From Octopus sinensis (lineage: Eukaryota): a stretch of 64,000 nucleotides of DNA. The stretch's first letter is position 1. Each line of letters begins with the position of its first letter. Location of the stretch: assembly GCF_006345805.1 (NCBI RefSeq), contig NC_043008.1, positions 56,048,001 through 56,112,000 of the forward strand, written 5' to 3'. The position numbers and the translations under genes are program-made. Positions 24,330 to 39,986 of the stretch are shown here, one piece after another. A model generated the notes under the pieces. That model did not search any database. It was not told the origin of the DNA and saw only the letters and a list, made by a program, of their open reading frames with translations.

Positions 24330-24616
24330 TCTGTCTTTCACATACGCTCACGTGTGTACATGCACACACACACATACATACATACACACACACACACTTT
24401 CATTTCCATATCACTTCATTCATTCATGCATACACAAAATCACACTTTCACTCGCACACATGCAGACACTTAACACTTACATGCAAATACACACACACAA
24501 TCTTTCATTCAAATACAGATACACACACACTCTCTCTCTCTCTCTCTCTCTCCTGCACACGCACACACACACACACACAGAAATTCAATCTTTCATTCAC
24601 ACACACACACACTCTC

Positions 24617-24651
<35 letters not shown>

Positions 24652-25080
24652 CACACACATACACAAATTCAATCTTTCATTCATACACAGGTACACACAC
24701 ACTCTTTCACACACACATTTTTTCACACACACACTCTCACACACTCTCTCACATACACACTCACTCACAGACTCTCACTTGTGCGTGCTCACACACTCTC
24801 TCTTTCCCTCTCTCACACACACACACACACACACTCTTATACACAAACATACACTCTCACACACATACACACACACACACACACGCAGTCTCACTCACAC
24901 ATGCTCTTTCTCTCCCACACACTCATACTCTCTAGCACTCACACACATTCTCCTCTCATTATCACACACACACACTGCTCTTCCACATTATCTCTCTTCT
25001 CTCCATCCTTTCTCTCTCTTTCCCTTTTTCCTTCGCCTCTATTTTGCTTCCTCTCTCCCTCCCTCTCTCTCCCCCTCTCT
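24330..25080. repeat. (CA)n/(CT)n compound low-complexity region
   Basis: Direct inspection. Confidence 0.9.
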
Positions 25081-25811
25081 CCTGCATCCATGTCAGATCA
25101 ACAAAAAAGGGACAAGACCACTTTAGATACAAAGACCAATTTGGAAATCAAACGATGACTGACCTTTACATCCTGTTTTTTTTTTTTTTTTTGTTTTTAC
25201 ATTTTTTTCTTTCTTTTTATTGGTACTTTTGGTCGGGTCCTTATTGGTGACACACACTCAACTCAATCAGGACACAAAGCTGTGTTTGAGTGCAGCTGGA
25301 TTTGGATAGCTTCCTGGCTTTTAGAACTTCCACCGATGAAAGGACTTCTGTTTAGTAATTCAACCTTTTAGAAAGGACCAGTAGACCTCCCTCATATCAT
25401 GTCCCACCATGTTAAACAACATGGTTGTCAGATCAGACTATCCCCAACCCTAAACAGACGAGATTGTCACAGCTGGAATGCAGTTGGCTGTAGGCTTGGT
25501 TGATCTGGTTTTGCTTGGGGCTAAATATCAACAACAGACACGAGTTATAAGCCAAACTGTTCAAATTGTACTAAATCCTAAATTATTATTATTATTATTA
25601 ATAATAATAAGGTGGCAAGCTGGCAGAATCGTTAACACACTGGACGAAATGCTTAGTATTTCGTCTGCCACTACGTTCTGAGTTCAAATTCTGCCGAGGT
25701 TGACTAGTAAATAAATTGGGATCAATAAATTAAGTACCAGTCAAGCACTGGGGTCGATGTAATCCACTATCCCTCACCCAAATTTCAGACCGTGTGCCTA
25801 TAGTAGAAAGG

Positions 25812-25848
<37 letters not shown>

Positions 25849-28196
25849 GCAGTATTTTGTCTGTCTTGACATTCTGAGTTCAAATTCTGCCAGAGTCAAC
25901 TTTGCCTTTCATCTTATCAGGTCGATGTAATCAGCCAGCCCCTATCATCAAATTTAAGGCTTTGTGCTTATAGTAGAAAAAAACCCCCATTATTGTTGTT
26001 CTCTTTTACTTGCTGTCTTCAGAGGAGGGGCTATCCTCATGATTTTCACAATCTCTCTTAGACCGCTGATATTGATGTCATTTAATGTTCTACTTAGACT
26101 GTTGCAAGTTGACTCCTGCAGGAAAGAGATTCCGGAAGGCTGGCATTCAGGGAAGGGAAGGACTAAGCATGGCGGTATATGTGGGCAGCTAATAAGACAG
26201 CTGTATTGCTCCACATGTAATTTAATCTGTGCAAGTTCAATTTAATAATGTCAGTTGGTACATCGGTTACCTTTAGTGGAATCCATTCTGTTGTGACTTT
26301 GAAGATCACATTTCTAGCTTGATAAATCAATATCTTTTGTGATGCTGTTTCCTACAGCAACGAACCTTGCATTGTTTTTTTTTTCTTTCTTTTCTCTCCC
26401 CACCCTAAATTTGAAAGGTCAGTAGAGGCACTGGGTACTGGGTACTGCCTTCCATCCTATTTAAATAAAAAAGTGCAAAAGAAGATATACAGCTGTCATT
26501 CACATGTGAGTGTGATTTGGTGGCATGTATCATGCTTTCTTACTAATTGTTTTAGGTGTGCCCCAAGAGTGCAAAGTCCTGAAAGGACGTCTGTGTCATG
26601 AGCAGGGACAGGCTCCCTTTTCTCTCAACTTCCCTGTCCTTGCTCCCAACCCTGTAGAACATCTAGGATTTGAAAGCTGGAGTGTGGGAGGGCTGCACAC
26701 CAGCACTAAATACGTTTTTCCTTTCCAGGTGAGTTGGCTAAAGCAGCATTTAATGAAATGCTTTGCTCACGGATGCAATGCATCACCTGTTCCAGGAGTG
26801 GTCCTTAATTTTTTTTCGCATCACAGACTGGTTTTATGCTGAACAATTTTTCCACTAACCAAGGAATCATCTACATAACAAGACACAATAAAGTGCATAA
26901 TATAAAGTTTAATTATTACATATATGATACCTTGCCAGATCCATTTGGGGTGACCGTTTGTGTTGGTCTGCCACATGCCTTACCATCATCATCAATATTT
27001 AACCTCTGTTTTCCATGCTGGTTTGGGTTGGACAGCTTGACAGGGATTGGCCAAGCCAGGGACCTTGCCAGATTCCATAATCTGTTTTGGCTTCCTTCTA
27101 TGGCTGGATGCCCTTCGTAATGCCAACCACTTTACAGAGCGTACTGGGTGTTTTTTTACATGACACCAGCACTGACACCAATTCCTTTTATGTGGCATCT
27201 TGCTTTTAGGATTTCAATTCTGTTGCAGTAGGCAAGTTTTTTTGAGTACAGCAATGCAATGTACCACATGGCAAATGAGGAAGTACTTCGCAAAGAGGGG
27301 AACAGACTGGTACACTGCTTGGAGAGGTGATTGAGAAGACCCAAGCAGATACTGCCAAATCGTTGATGCAGCGATGCACTCCAATGGCACATGTTCCCAC
27401 ACCTGGCTTAATATATACGCTACATATATATATTATGTATATAACATATATCTAATGTAAGACACCAGCAGACTGCAATAATCAATAAAATAGATATAAA
27501 ATTTTGGAGTTTATTCTTTCTGTATGACCCAGCAACATTTGATCCATAGCCTGGTACTGGTATGTGGCCTGGTGGCTGATATGACCCCTGCTCTAACCAC
27601 TAAGCCATGTACCTCCTATCGTTGAGCCCTAAGAATTTATTAAGATAAAGCGTTATTTACAATTGTAATCCATAATTTCATTAATCCTTTTGACACCGAC
27701 CCACCTCAGACTGCCCCCACTTCTACTTCACACGCATCATGGTTTTAAGTTATTTAAATTTTAAATCAAAACCTTCCACGAAGGTTTTAATGAAGGGGCA
27801 AAGCCAGTAGATGAGCTACTGACAAAGGAATGACAGCAACCCATCTGTCATTGCTGATTGATTTTTGGAGAAATTCGAATACACACACACACATTATCAT
27901 CATCATCATCATCATCATTTAATGTGTGTATTCCATGCTGGCATGGGTGAGGTGGTTTGATAGGGGCTGGCAGATGAGAAGACTGCACCGAGCTCGACTG
28001 TCTGTTTTGGCATGGTTTCTACAGCTGGATGCCCATCCAAGATGGATTTCTATCTGTTTCCATGAACCAAGTCCACTCAACATGGCTTTTGTCAGTTTGG
28101 AATGTAGTAGAAGATACTTGCCCAAGGTGTTGTGCTGTGGGACTGAACCGAAAGTCATATGTTTGGGAAGTGATTTGCTTAACCACATAGCTAAGC

Positions 28197-28233
<37 letters not shown>

Positions 28234-29690
28234 GTGTGTGTGTGTGTGTGTTTACGCCTTTGCGTGTCATCATTTAATGTCCATTTTCTGTGCTGGCACA
28301 AAAGATGGACATTAAATTAGCTGGATGCTGGTATGGGTGCATACGTATCTTTCTCCATACATAGCCATCTCACATTCACACCAGTCTTGTACTGAATGAC
28401 CTCTAATGTACCCTGAATACTTCCTGTACCGGTGACTTGACAACCTTGATCACACCTGCGAAACCTCTATCATGGGGCGGACCTCAATGAAACATTGCTC
28501 ATCATCAGCTGAGCCACTCTTTCATTAGGTGTGCCATTCAGGATGTCCTATACACAGCAGTTTACTCATGACTGATGTAGAGTCTTTCAACATTATACTG
28601 GTACAACCTCTAATACATACCAAGGCATTAGCCTCTACCCCCACCTCCCATCTTGCACACTGCAAAGCAAGAGATAAGTTGACAGCAAAGCATGGTCCTG
28701 TGACCCTTATTTCTTGTCTTTGAAGGGTTCATGACTCTTGCAGAATCTCTGGCACCTTACTGTTAAAATGTTACAAAGTTAGTCCCTAATTCTAAACAAA
28801 ATCATTAATTCTGAAATAGAACAAATATTTCTAATTTAATTATCATATTTATTTTGTTTAAAGCGACTTGAGGGGGGCATATTGTTCCTTTGGTGAGAAA
28901 AATTTAAAAAAAGCTAAGTAACCATTTAGGGGGCTCATTAAAGCCGAATCTAATGACCACAGCCTAATCAACTGGTGTTTTATTTACTGTTCATACAGTT
29001 TTGTATCATAGTCACTGCTGCTGTTGGTAAAAGAATTGTAAACTACTTGTGTCTTTATATATTAGTTAGAATTGCATTCAAAGTAAAATTATTAGTTTGA
29101 TATTATGCTATAATCAGAGGTGAGAGTTGGCATACATACATACATACATACATACATGCATGCATACATACATACATACATACATACATATACGTACGTA
29201 CATACGTACATAAATACATACATACATACATATACACACATACATACACACACATGTACATACATGCATACACATACATACATATCTGTCTATCTCTCTA
29301 TCTATCTATTTATATATATATAGATATAAATTGATAGATATTTGAATGTGTATGTATGTATGTGTGTAGGGATTAAGTATTTTCATAGATTTTAGCTTTT
29401 CTTTTACATTCTTTATAATCCTATTTATATCTTGCATGTAGGTGTGTGTGTGTGTGTATTTGTGTGTACACCTGTGTCTATATGTGTGTGTGTGTGTGTA
29501 TACATATATATATATATATATGTATGTATAAGTTAAGAAATGGAGTCAAATGCAGATGTTATTCAAATCATTTATATATATGTATATGTATGTATGTATA
29601 TATATTTGTGTTTGTTGCATTCAATTAAATGGAAATAGTAGTCAATATTCTGCTGCTAATTGATTTTTCACAATTTTCATAATTGCTTTC

Positions 29691-29733
<43 letters not shown>

Positions 29734-30550
29734 CTTTTTTCTTTCTTTTTCTGTTTTATATATATATATACATACACACACACACGTGCACACATGCGTT
29801 TATAGACTCGCAGACACATATGCACAGCTCATGTATGTTTATATATGTAAAAAAAACTCAAATATATCTTTATATATATGCACATCATCAATGATGTTTG
29901 TGTGCATGTGTGTGTGTGAGTGGGTTTGGTGATGCAGACAGGGAGATAGAATTCAAAACATGAATATGTATATATTTTATTAACTTGGCAGAACTTACAG
30001 AGTGACTCAAGGACTGATAGTTCTGTGTGTTGGCACTTACAAGTATGATATGTATGAATGAATGAATGAATGAATGTGTATGTGTGTGTGCGTGTGTGTT
30101 TGGGTGTGTGTGTGTGGGGGGGGTGTACATGCACATGTAGCTTAATTTTTTCTTTTATTCATTAGCAAGAAAAAAAAATAGATAAAAATATAATAATAAT
30201 AATAATAAAAAAAGCAAAACACAAAGTAGCAAACTGTAGAATTCTGCTTTCACTGAATATTCCAGTCACTGATTGGTGGTTGCATTATTGCCAAAATTTC
30301 ACTTCTTGCCTACCCCACCCCTCCGTTCTTTCCTCCCAGCCCCTTAACTACCACCGCCACCACCATCACCCCACAACCACGGCTCTTCACTTAAGTCACA
30401 TTGCATCAATTTTTAGATTATAGATTTTCAAAAACTTTAACAATGATCGCTTTTCTCTTCTCTCTTTGCTGTAATAACAAAGGGTCTTTTATATTTTATG
30501 GTATTTAATTCTTGAGTAAATTCCATTTATTATTATTATCATCATCATCA

Positions 30551-30588
<38 letters not shown>

Positions 30589-30779
30589 GTTATTGCAATA
30601 ACAAAGTAAAAGTAGAAATCTCAAACATTTTCCTGCTCAGAAATATCATCTAGAGTGTTTTTTTTTTTTGATGTCTTTGTTTTTGTTGTTGTTGTTCTTT
30701 CCTGGTTGTATCTCTTGTTTTGTGTCTTTGCTGTTGTGTGTGTATGTAAACATATACATATATGTATATATAGAAACAC

Positions 30780-30820
30780 AAGGACACATTAATATGTATG
30801 TATGTGTGTGTGTGTGTGTG

Positions 30821-30894
<74 letters not shown>

Positions 30895-30953
30895 TATGTA
30901 TGTATATACATATATATATATATGTATGTATTTATGTATATACATATATATAT

Positions 30954-31004
<51 letters not shown>

Positions 31005-31066
31005 TATGTATGTATATACATATATATATATATGTATGTATTATGTATATACATATATATATACAC

Positions 31067-31098
<32 letters not shown>

Positions 31099-31160
31099 AT
31101 ACATGTACGTATATATATATATATGTGTGTATACACACACGCACACACACACACATGTAT
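30780..31160. repeat. (TG)n/(TA)n/(CA)n compound microsatellite
   Basis: Direct inspection. Confidence 0.9.
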
Positions 31161-31664
31161 CCATATACAGTGACGTTATCTCTGTTATTCTTATTTGTTG
31201 TTGTTTTGAGTTTGGAAAATTATTTTGTTCAAATCTCGTTAATAGCAATCAATGATTTGCTGTTGTTGTTTATTTTTTTTTCCCTTCTTGTTATTGAAAT
31301 TGAAACAAAAACAATCAAAATATTTGCAAAATAAACCAAAAAATAAAAAAACCCTCATAAGAATATTATTATGGTAAATTTTAAATTCATAATGTTAAAT
31401 GTTGAATTCCTTATGTATTCAGTAATAACTCGAAGCATAAAACACATTTACCGTTTACCGTTGTTTAAACATATTATCAAAGCATTTTCAGCGTTGGTTA
31501 ATGAATGGTATTGCATTGTTCTTTTGTTCTTTTTTACCATTTTTTTTTGTTTGCTTCTTTGTTTTTTTTTTCTTTCCTCTTTGTTCTTCATCTTTGATTC
31601 TCTTAGTTTAACATTTGATGCTCCGTAGAAGCTTTGGAAATCTTTCATTGGTGAACTGAACACG

Positions 31665-32456
31665 CGCACACACACACACACACACACTCACATATACATG
31701 CACACACTCACATGCACTCACTCATTCACACACACACACACATACTTTAACATGCATATGTGCATGCACTCAAATGTATATACTTGTGCACACACACACA
31801 TACACATACTCAAACATGCATACACTCACACACACTCACCCACACATACATGCACACACACACACTCTCACATGCACTCATTCACACACACACACTCACA
31901 CACTTTAATATGCATATGTACATGCGCTCAAATGCATATACTTGTGCACACACACACTCAAACATGCATACACTCACACATACACACACACAATCACCTG
32001 CATACACATGCACACACACACACTCATGCATGCAACCACATAGATACATATACACACACAGTCATGCACAGACACTCATATACATACTCTCATATACACA
32101 TGCATACCAGCACTCTGTTGTGCATATGCACATACACATACAACCACACACTCTTGTGCACACACTGACAAACAGGTGCATAAACACACATAATCACATG
32201 CATAGACATACACACACACACCTGTGCACAAACACACATACACACACACCTGTGCACAAACACACATACACACACACCTGTGCACAAACACACATACACA
32301 CACACCTGTGCACAAACACACATACACACACACACTCACACACCTGCATACAAACACATGCACTGACATGCATATTCCCAAATACACTCACATATCTACA
32401 CACTCTTACACACACACACTCTCTCTCTCTCTCACACACACTCTCACACACACACA

Positions 32457-32489
<33 letters not shown>

Positions 32490-32504
32490 TCTCACACACA
32501 CACA

Positions 32505-32537
<33 letters not shown>

Positions 32538-32548
32538 TCTCACACACA

Positions 32549-32581
<33 letters not shown>

Positions 32582-32607
32582 TCTCTCTCTCTCTCACACA
32601 CACCACA

Positions 32608-32642
<35 letters not shown>

Positions 32643-32710
32643 TCTCACACATACACACTCTCTCTCTTTCCCACACACTGACCTGCAAATGCATGCACAC
32701 ACACATCCAT
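31665..32710. repeat. (CA)n-rich region with a short CCTGTGCACAAACACACATACACACACA tandem and (CT)n/(CA)n blocks
   Basis: Direct inspection. Confidence 0.9.
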
Positions 32711-34344
32711 ACATTTATGATCTTAAATTGTAGTTGTTATTATAATTAGCATCACTAATATAATTAGTTTGTTGTTGTTGTTGTTGTTGTGTAGTCCTAG
32801 GTTGGCTCTGATCGAGCAGACAGACTTACATTCATAGACATTCTAACCAACCATGACCATCCTGTCATTTTTTCCTATATCCAAAGAACTTATGGCCACA
32901 TTATCCAACATGTCTACTTTTTAAATTTAAGATGTTTTAATGTAGTATAAAGGAGATTGGCTGTTATTTCTAGCAGGCTGGATGACCATGTAAACCAGTG
33001 TCTTCTGTAGAAGAAAGTCTTCATCTCCCAGGTCATATTGGTTTTGAATTATCATCAATGCTTCTGCAACTTTGCATTTTTCTAGGTTGGGGTCTTGGCC
33101 CTACGTAAACCCATTTTTAGTTTTGGGAAGTGGTGGCCCGTTTTAGTTTGGCCTCTGTCCTTTGACCATGTCCAGCATGGGAGGCCCTACCAGGACTTTG
33201 TGCTCCAATGACATAGCTCTCGGGGCCATTAAGACATTCAAGCCATCACACTGCAACAAGGACAGAGCGTAATAATGATAGCAAATATAAAGTACCAGGC
33301 AATTACTATGGTCAATTCAACCAACTAACCCCCTACCCCTTAAAATTTCTGGCCTTATACCTACCACAAATTGAACCAGAATTAGGCAGACCTATGATCT
33401 AAGGTGTTCCAACCATGATGTCCTTCTTTATTTTAAGACAGTAGACTGTGATTGTATGGAGTTTGACTGTTATTTCTAGCAGGTTGAGTGACTACAAAGA
33501 ACCCCCTCCTTCAACTGGTGCTATTCTGCAGTTGCTTTCTAACTTTCACTTAAGGATGTGAACGCTGTTTTCACTAATTATATTCCGGAAAATGTCATAT
33601 CTTCTTTGTATTCTGAATGTTAAGAGCCTGAGTTTAAAATAGGATTAAAAGATTTAAGCAGTGATAGGAAAGTAATTAAACACTGATAAACTGTCAGCTT
33701 TATACTTGTTAATTAGCCTCATTTAGTTATATACACTCTGATTGCTGGGTTACTCATAAGATTGTACACTAAAAATAAATACCAATTCTCTAGTTGTAAT
33801 TTGAAAACTTAATGCTTTAGAAGTGTGTGTGTGTGTGTATGTATGTGTGTGTGTGTGTGTGTGTGTGTGCATGTGTGTGCGTGTGTATTTTTTTTTTCAA
33901 AATCACCCAAAATAGAATTGGTCCTTATGTACCTTTCTTAAGGTTCATTTTTGTTGCAAGCATTCAGCCTGCTTCAGTATGGATAGGGGCCCTTCCCTCT
34001 TTGGATTCACTTATTAAAAAATAACCATCTTAAAATATCAAAATTATATCTATTATTTTCTGAAGTGTGTATAAATTTATCTATGCAAGAATTGCGTGTA
34101 TAAATATATCCACACATGCAGTGAGTGTGTATAGTTATATCTACACTAATATGAATATATGTACATGAATTATTTGTATGAATGTATGCTCATAATTGTT
34201 GTGTGTAACTATATCAACACAGGTGGCAGGTGTATATAACTATGGCTGTGCAAGCGGTGTGTATAAATATATCCATACTTGTGGTGTGTATGATTATAGC
34301 TACACAAGTTACGTATGTGAATATATCTACACAAGCGCTATGTG

Positions 34345-34395
<51 letters not shown>

Positions 34396-34526
34396 TATAT
34401 TTAAAATGATATTGAATATTAATTTGATTAATATCAATTTAAAACCAGTGATCTAGCATATAGAAAAATCTGAAGATTCAGAAAAATTGTATTACATACA
34501 TAATTGTATTACATATATTCCTCTTA

Positions 34527-34580
<54 letters not shown>

Positions 34581-36093
34581 CAACACATACACTGGGTGTA
34601 TATGATTATAGCTAAGCATGAAATATGTATAAATATATCTACACAGGTAATGTGTATATATAAATATAGCTACACAGGCAGTAGGAATCTATGTCAACAA
34701 TAGAAGGGAGTTTTAAGAAAATCTCAAATCAAAATTTACTTGCCAGATACTACAAAAGGATTATTATTATTATATTATTATTATTATTATTTATGGTTGT
34801 TTTTATCATTGTGGTTGTTGTTTTTATAATTTAGATTAAGATTGTGCTTCTTAGCGATCAGTTCATCAGATTAAAAGCCACTCGTTAGCAACCACTTAAT
34901 TATTGGCTCAGAATCTTGTAACCACTTACAGCAACCCAGGGGTTAAAAAAGATAAAGAAAAAGAAAGAAACTGGGTCACTTCTCCCTAAATCTTAATTCA
35001 ATTTGTTCTGCCTCTATGATTATTACCCTTTTCACATTTTAGAATTTTTATCGATCTTTAGATAATATACAACCAAGGTATTAGAAATGCAAAAAACACA
35101 CACACAGCAATAGAAGCTTAGTAAATTTTTCCTTTCTTAAGAATTATTCCTAGTTTAAATTCTGTCTCTTACTCTCTGTTTATGCACCCTCCCCCATTGC
35201 TAAGTCAGATCTGATAATTTTCTCTTCACATTTCTACTGTGATATTACATTTTACAACAACAACAACAACAATTTTGTTTGTTTTAATTCAGTCGTTAAA
35301 TAGAAATTAGCATTTAATTTTGGATTTACCATTTTCTTTTCTACCTTTTCTATGTCTTCCTTCCGTTCTTTTTTTTTTTTTGTTTTGAAAATTATATTTC
35401 ATAAATGAAGTGTGTTTAATAATCCCTGAATTCACTTGCAGATCCTTTCTCTCTCTTGCTCTCAGAGAGAGAGAGAGAGAGAGTAATAGTAAAGGAAGAT
35501 TACTGGTTAATTTTAATGTGTTCTTTTCTGATATTCCAGTTGTATTTAACCATTTTTGTTGTCATGTTTATTACAAAAATATGTTCTGCATTTTGTGTTT
35601 AAATTTTCAGAAATGTTCGAGGATTATGTGAGGTTTAGTGAAATAACCTTACTTTTGTTTTTCTACAAGTTGAAATCTAATTTTATTAATTATTCTTCAT
35701 GAAATAATGAGAATTCAATCCAAGATTATGTTGAATTTAGAGTGGCTTTTTTGGTAGGTGGACTGGAATTGGAAAAGGTTAATTGGTACTTGTTAAAATG
35801 ATCCAAGTTGACCTGAAGTTTACCTGAAATTAAGCTAAAACTCAAGGTGTGAGTTGCTTGTGTTTTCTTATTTGAAACAGCAAAGGAACTCATTTGTGTG
35901 TGTGTGTGCATGTACATGCATGTGTATGTGTGTGTGTATGTACGCATACACACAAACATTGTATATACTGTAGAACAGTATGCTACATAGTATAATACTG
36001 TACTTCTAACCAACCATGACCATCCTCTCATTATTTCCCATATCCAAAGAACTTATGGCCACATTATCCAACCCACCTACATTTTTAGTTTAA

Positions 36094-36317
36094 ACCTTTC
36101 ATTACCAAACCAGCTGAAACCGGCTCTGGCTCTGTAGTACAAATGCCTTGTTTCCATAAGTTTTGAATTAAAATCTTCCACCAAACCTTAGTCACTATTT
36201 ACGTTCCTAACACTAACTGAATGATAACTAAGTTATTTTACTAAATTCTTTCTTATATATTTAAAATTAATTGAAAGAAACACTGAGCATCTCAAAATAA
36301 ATACGGTAACAAAAGGG
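36094..36317. mobile_element. piggyBac-like MITE, second family; copies at 48944-49164 (opposite orientation) and near 60617-60838
   Basis: TTAA|ACCTTTCATTACC ... GGTAACAAAAGGG|TTAA; internal sequence is shared among the copies. Confidence 0.7.
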
Positions 36318-37582
36318 TTAAACACCTTCCCCAGCTGTTATCTTAATTTTTCTCATAAAATTTTTATAAGAGAAGAAAGGATGCCCACCCTGATGATTGT
36401 AGAATCTCCAAGACCGGTAAGAGAAATGGAGCAATAACTTGGTTCACCTTAGACTAGAGACTCAGTGTGAATGTTCACGGCAGAGTGGGCCCCTTAGCCC
36501 TTTAAGACTTGGGTTATTTAGATTATTCTGTTGCATGTGGTATATATGGTGACCCCCTTCGGTCAGGCACTGACCATGGGTTTGCACCTAGAGAGTTAAC
36601 CTCTGAGGCACAAATCTGTGCAAGGTTGTTTTATGGAAGACCAGCAGTTGCTCATGCATACCGGCCTCCCCTCTCCACGTCACTGATGTTGTCCAAGGGA
36701 AAGGCAAAGGCCGATACAGCTTGGCACCTGTGACGTCACAACTCATTTCTACAGCTGAGTGAACTGGAGCAATGTGAAATAAAGTATCTTGCACCTGGTC
36801 CGGGATTCGAGCTCACGACCTCACGATCGTAAGCTCGATGCTCTAACCACTGAGCCACTGTTGCATGTAATACTTATTTATTCACATTGTTTTGAATTAG
36901 TCATGCATTATCTCATAGCTTTGAGATTCTGATAATGATGGTGATGATGATCATCATCATCACTTTTTAGTGTCCTCTTTCCATGCTGGCATGAGTTGGA
37001 TGGTTTGACATGGAGCCGGCTAGCAAGAAGCTGATTGTGGTGGTGGTAAACCACTTCCCCAAGAACCCAGTTATAGTGTTAGTTGGGGTGATTGTGAAAC
37101 TGCTACCCATGCCCTGATTGCAGTAATGACAGTAGTGTTAAACCCCCACCCAACAACAAATATATCCCTGTCCAACACAGTTTCTGCCTACCCTGATTTC
37201 ACTGGTAAGTCTTGGATTGATCGGAAACAGATAAAAAAAAAAAAAACAAAAAAAAAACAGAAAAGAAGACACTTTGCTCAAGATGCTGTGCAGCAGGATT
37301 GAACCGAGGAACTACAGGACTGCAAAGTGACCTTTTTAACCACACGACTATAAAAGCACTCAACAACCCATTTCAGGAACCAACACTGTATTGTATATAA
37401 CTTATATTTTAATTTTATTACATGCTCATTAAACTATATTTTTCCTTCTTCCTCTGATACATTTCCTGGTGAATATTGTATTTGTTCCTGTTTTTCTATA
37501 TCTTATTTTTCTTTTTTTTTTCCTTTTTTTTTTTTTTTTTTGAAAATCATGAAACTTCTAATAACTTTAATTACTTTCTTAG

Positions 37583-37717
37583 GGAAATTCTATTGGAGTT
37601 CTGGATATATTTGGTTTTGAAGACTTTCATAAAAATAGCTTTGAGCAGTTTTGTATTAATTATGCAAACGAACACCTCCAGTATTATTTCAACCAACACA
37701 TCTTCAAGTTGGAACAG
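37583..37717 (+). CDS. MYO9: Myosin IX exon, switch II and relay ([45 protein letters not shown])
   Basis: Acceptor actttcttag| and donor CAG|gtaaga; 135 nt; universal myosin motif. Not in frame with the supplied ORF at 37476. Confidence 0.97.
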
Positions 37718-39582
37718 GTAAGAATGCAACAGAAATTCATGCATCATCAAATTCCTTCAAACAGAAAGATGGATTGTATTGGCTTTTCTTTTTTATTTAG
37801 TAAATTCCTGTAATTAAAATAAATTACTTCTAAGCCTTGTTTCCTGAGCTTAGACCATCAACAAATTTTCTTCATTGTTCTTGATTATGGGCTGTCTTTT
37901 CTACTTTTCTCCAATATGATCCTTACTTATCTCCACATCTTTGCAGCTTCCTTTTGGATTTTGCTGCAGTATATTGTATGTTTCCCTGTTCGAAGGCCTT
38001 CCTCTCTCAGGCCTTGTTGGTTTTGAATCATCATTGATGCTTCTGTCACTTGGATTCTATTTTCTAGGTAGAGTTTTTGGCTCTTTGTAAACCCATTTCT
38101 ACCTCTGGGAATAGGTGGGCCATATTAGTCTGGCCTCTGTTCTTTGATCTGCCCTGTATTGAAAGCCCAACGAAGAACTTTACTCCACTCATGGTCATTG
38201 AGGCATTCAAGCCCCCCCCCCCAATAAAACAAGGTGGAATTACAATAAGTTACTGAGACTAAATGTTGGAGTTGTACCTGTATTTCAAAGGCCCTTTGAA
38301 ATACAGGTACAACTCATTTTTACCAGCTGAGTGGACGGGAGCAACGTGAAATAAAGTGTCTTGCTCAAGGACACAACACATCGCTGGGAATTGAACTCAT
38401 GATCTTACGATCATGAGCCGAATGCCCTAACCACTAAAGCACGCACCTTCACATAGTATCTGTAGTGTTTATATAAATAGATAAATGATAGAAAATGGAA
38501 TTAATAACGTTCGTTATTTAAAATCACTGCAATTGTTTTGACTATTTCTTACATCCATTGTATATTGGTAAGATGTGTAATCATTAATGTCTATCCAAGG
38601 TGTAAAATACACCTCCTCTGGTGATTGTTTAAATGAGTCCTAAATTAGACCCTACTGCCATTTTACTCAGTGTTAGAAGGCATAGCCAAAGCAGTGTGTT
38701 ATTTCAATCAAAAATCAGCAGTTCTCAATCAAAACTCACATATACATATACAATATGAGTATTCAGGAATGATACCAGACGTGGTGAGGTGTTGTTGGGT
38801 TTTTCTTAGGAGGAAATGCTGTACTTAATGGTTCTTTTCAAAATCTCCTAAAGTCAGAAATAACCCTGAGAGTGATCACCTAACCTAAATGTTTACCATG
38901 CAATGACTACTTCTGCTAAAGGCACCTAAGGGCCAAACAATGGTGTTAGGCTAGACAACAGATTAAATTATAGTAATTGCAACCATTTCATTATTCATGT
39001 CATCATGATTTTATGCCTGCTTTCCATGCTGGTATGGGTTGTGCAGGTTGTTATGGGTTGAGGCAGTTCTTGTTGAGGGCCACTGCCCTCTATGGACTGG
39101 TGCTTATACGTGTCATTTTGGCATGGTTTCTACATCTGGATGACCTCTTCCTATCATCAGTACTTTACAAAGTGTATTGGCTGCATTTTCTTGTGGCACC
39201 AACTCTAGAGAGGCTGATCGCTCCTCATCAAGACAGAACTAACAGGACCTCGTAATCCTGTGCATTTTCTGCTTGGTTTTGTAAAGACAAAATTTAAGAA
39301 GCTGATGACTATATTTGTAATGGCTCATTAGATTTTCTTCCATCTAATTACCATCATCATCATCATCATCATGGCCATCATTGTCATCCTCATTCCATCC
39401 CCATAACCAGCACCATCACCACCAGTGCTGTCGTCCTCATCATCACCAGTGCTGTTGTCCTCATCATCACCATCATCGTCATCATCATTGAGTATGAGTT
39501 AAATCTAGTTATTGATTTCAGCTGCTGCCCGCTGTAATTTTTTGCAGTCAAATGATTTATTTCTGGAATTCTGTCTTTGCAG

Positions 39583-39704
39583 GAAGAGTACCAACGAGAA
39601 GGAATTCAGTGGAAAAATATTGAATTTATTGACAATACTGGTTGTCTGGAACTTTTTTCTAAAAAACCTAATGGTCTTTTCTGCTTGCTAGATGAAGAGT
39701 GCAA
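39583..39704 (+). CDS. MYO9: Myosin IX exon ([41 protein letters not shown])
   Basis: Acceptor ctgtctttgcag| and donor AA|gtatgt; exits in phase 2. Confidence 0.96.
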
Positions 39705-39859
39705 GTATGTATTCAGGAATTAAATTATAGTAATTGCAACCATTTCATTCATCATCATCATCATCATCATCATCATGATTTTATGTCTGCTTTCCATGCT
39801 GGTATGGGTTGTGCAGGTTGTTATGGGTTGAGGCAGTTCTTGTTGAGGTACCTCATCTC

Positions 39860-39947
39860 TACCTGTCTGTCTGTCTGTCTCTGCCTTTCTGCCTGCCTGC
39901 CTGTTTATCTGTCTGTCTATCTGTCTCTCAATCTACCTTCCTGTCTG

Positions 39948-39986
<39 letters not shown>

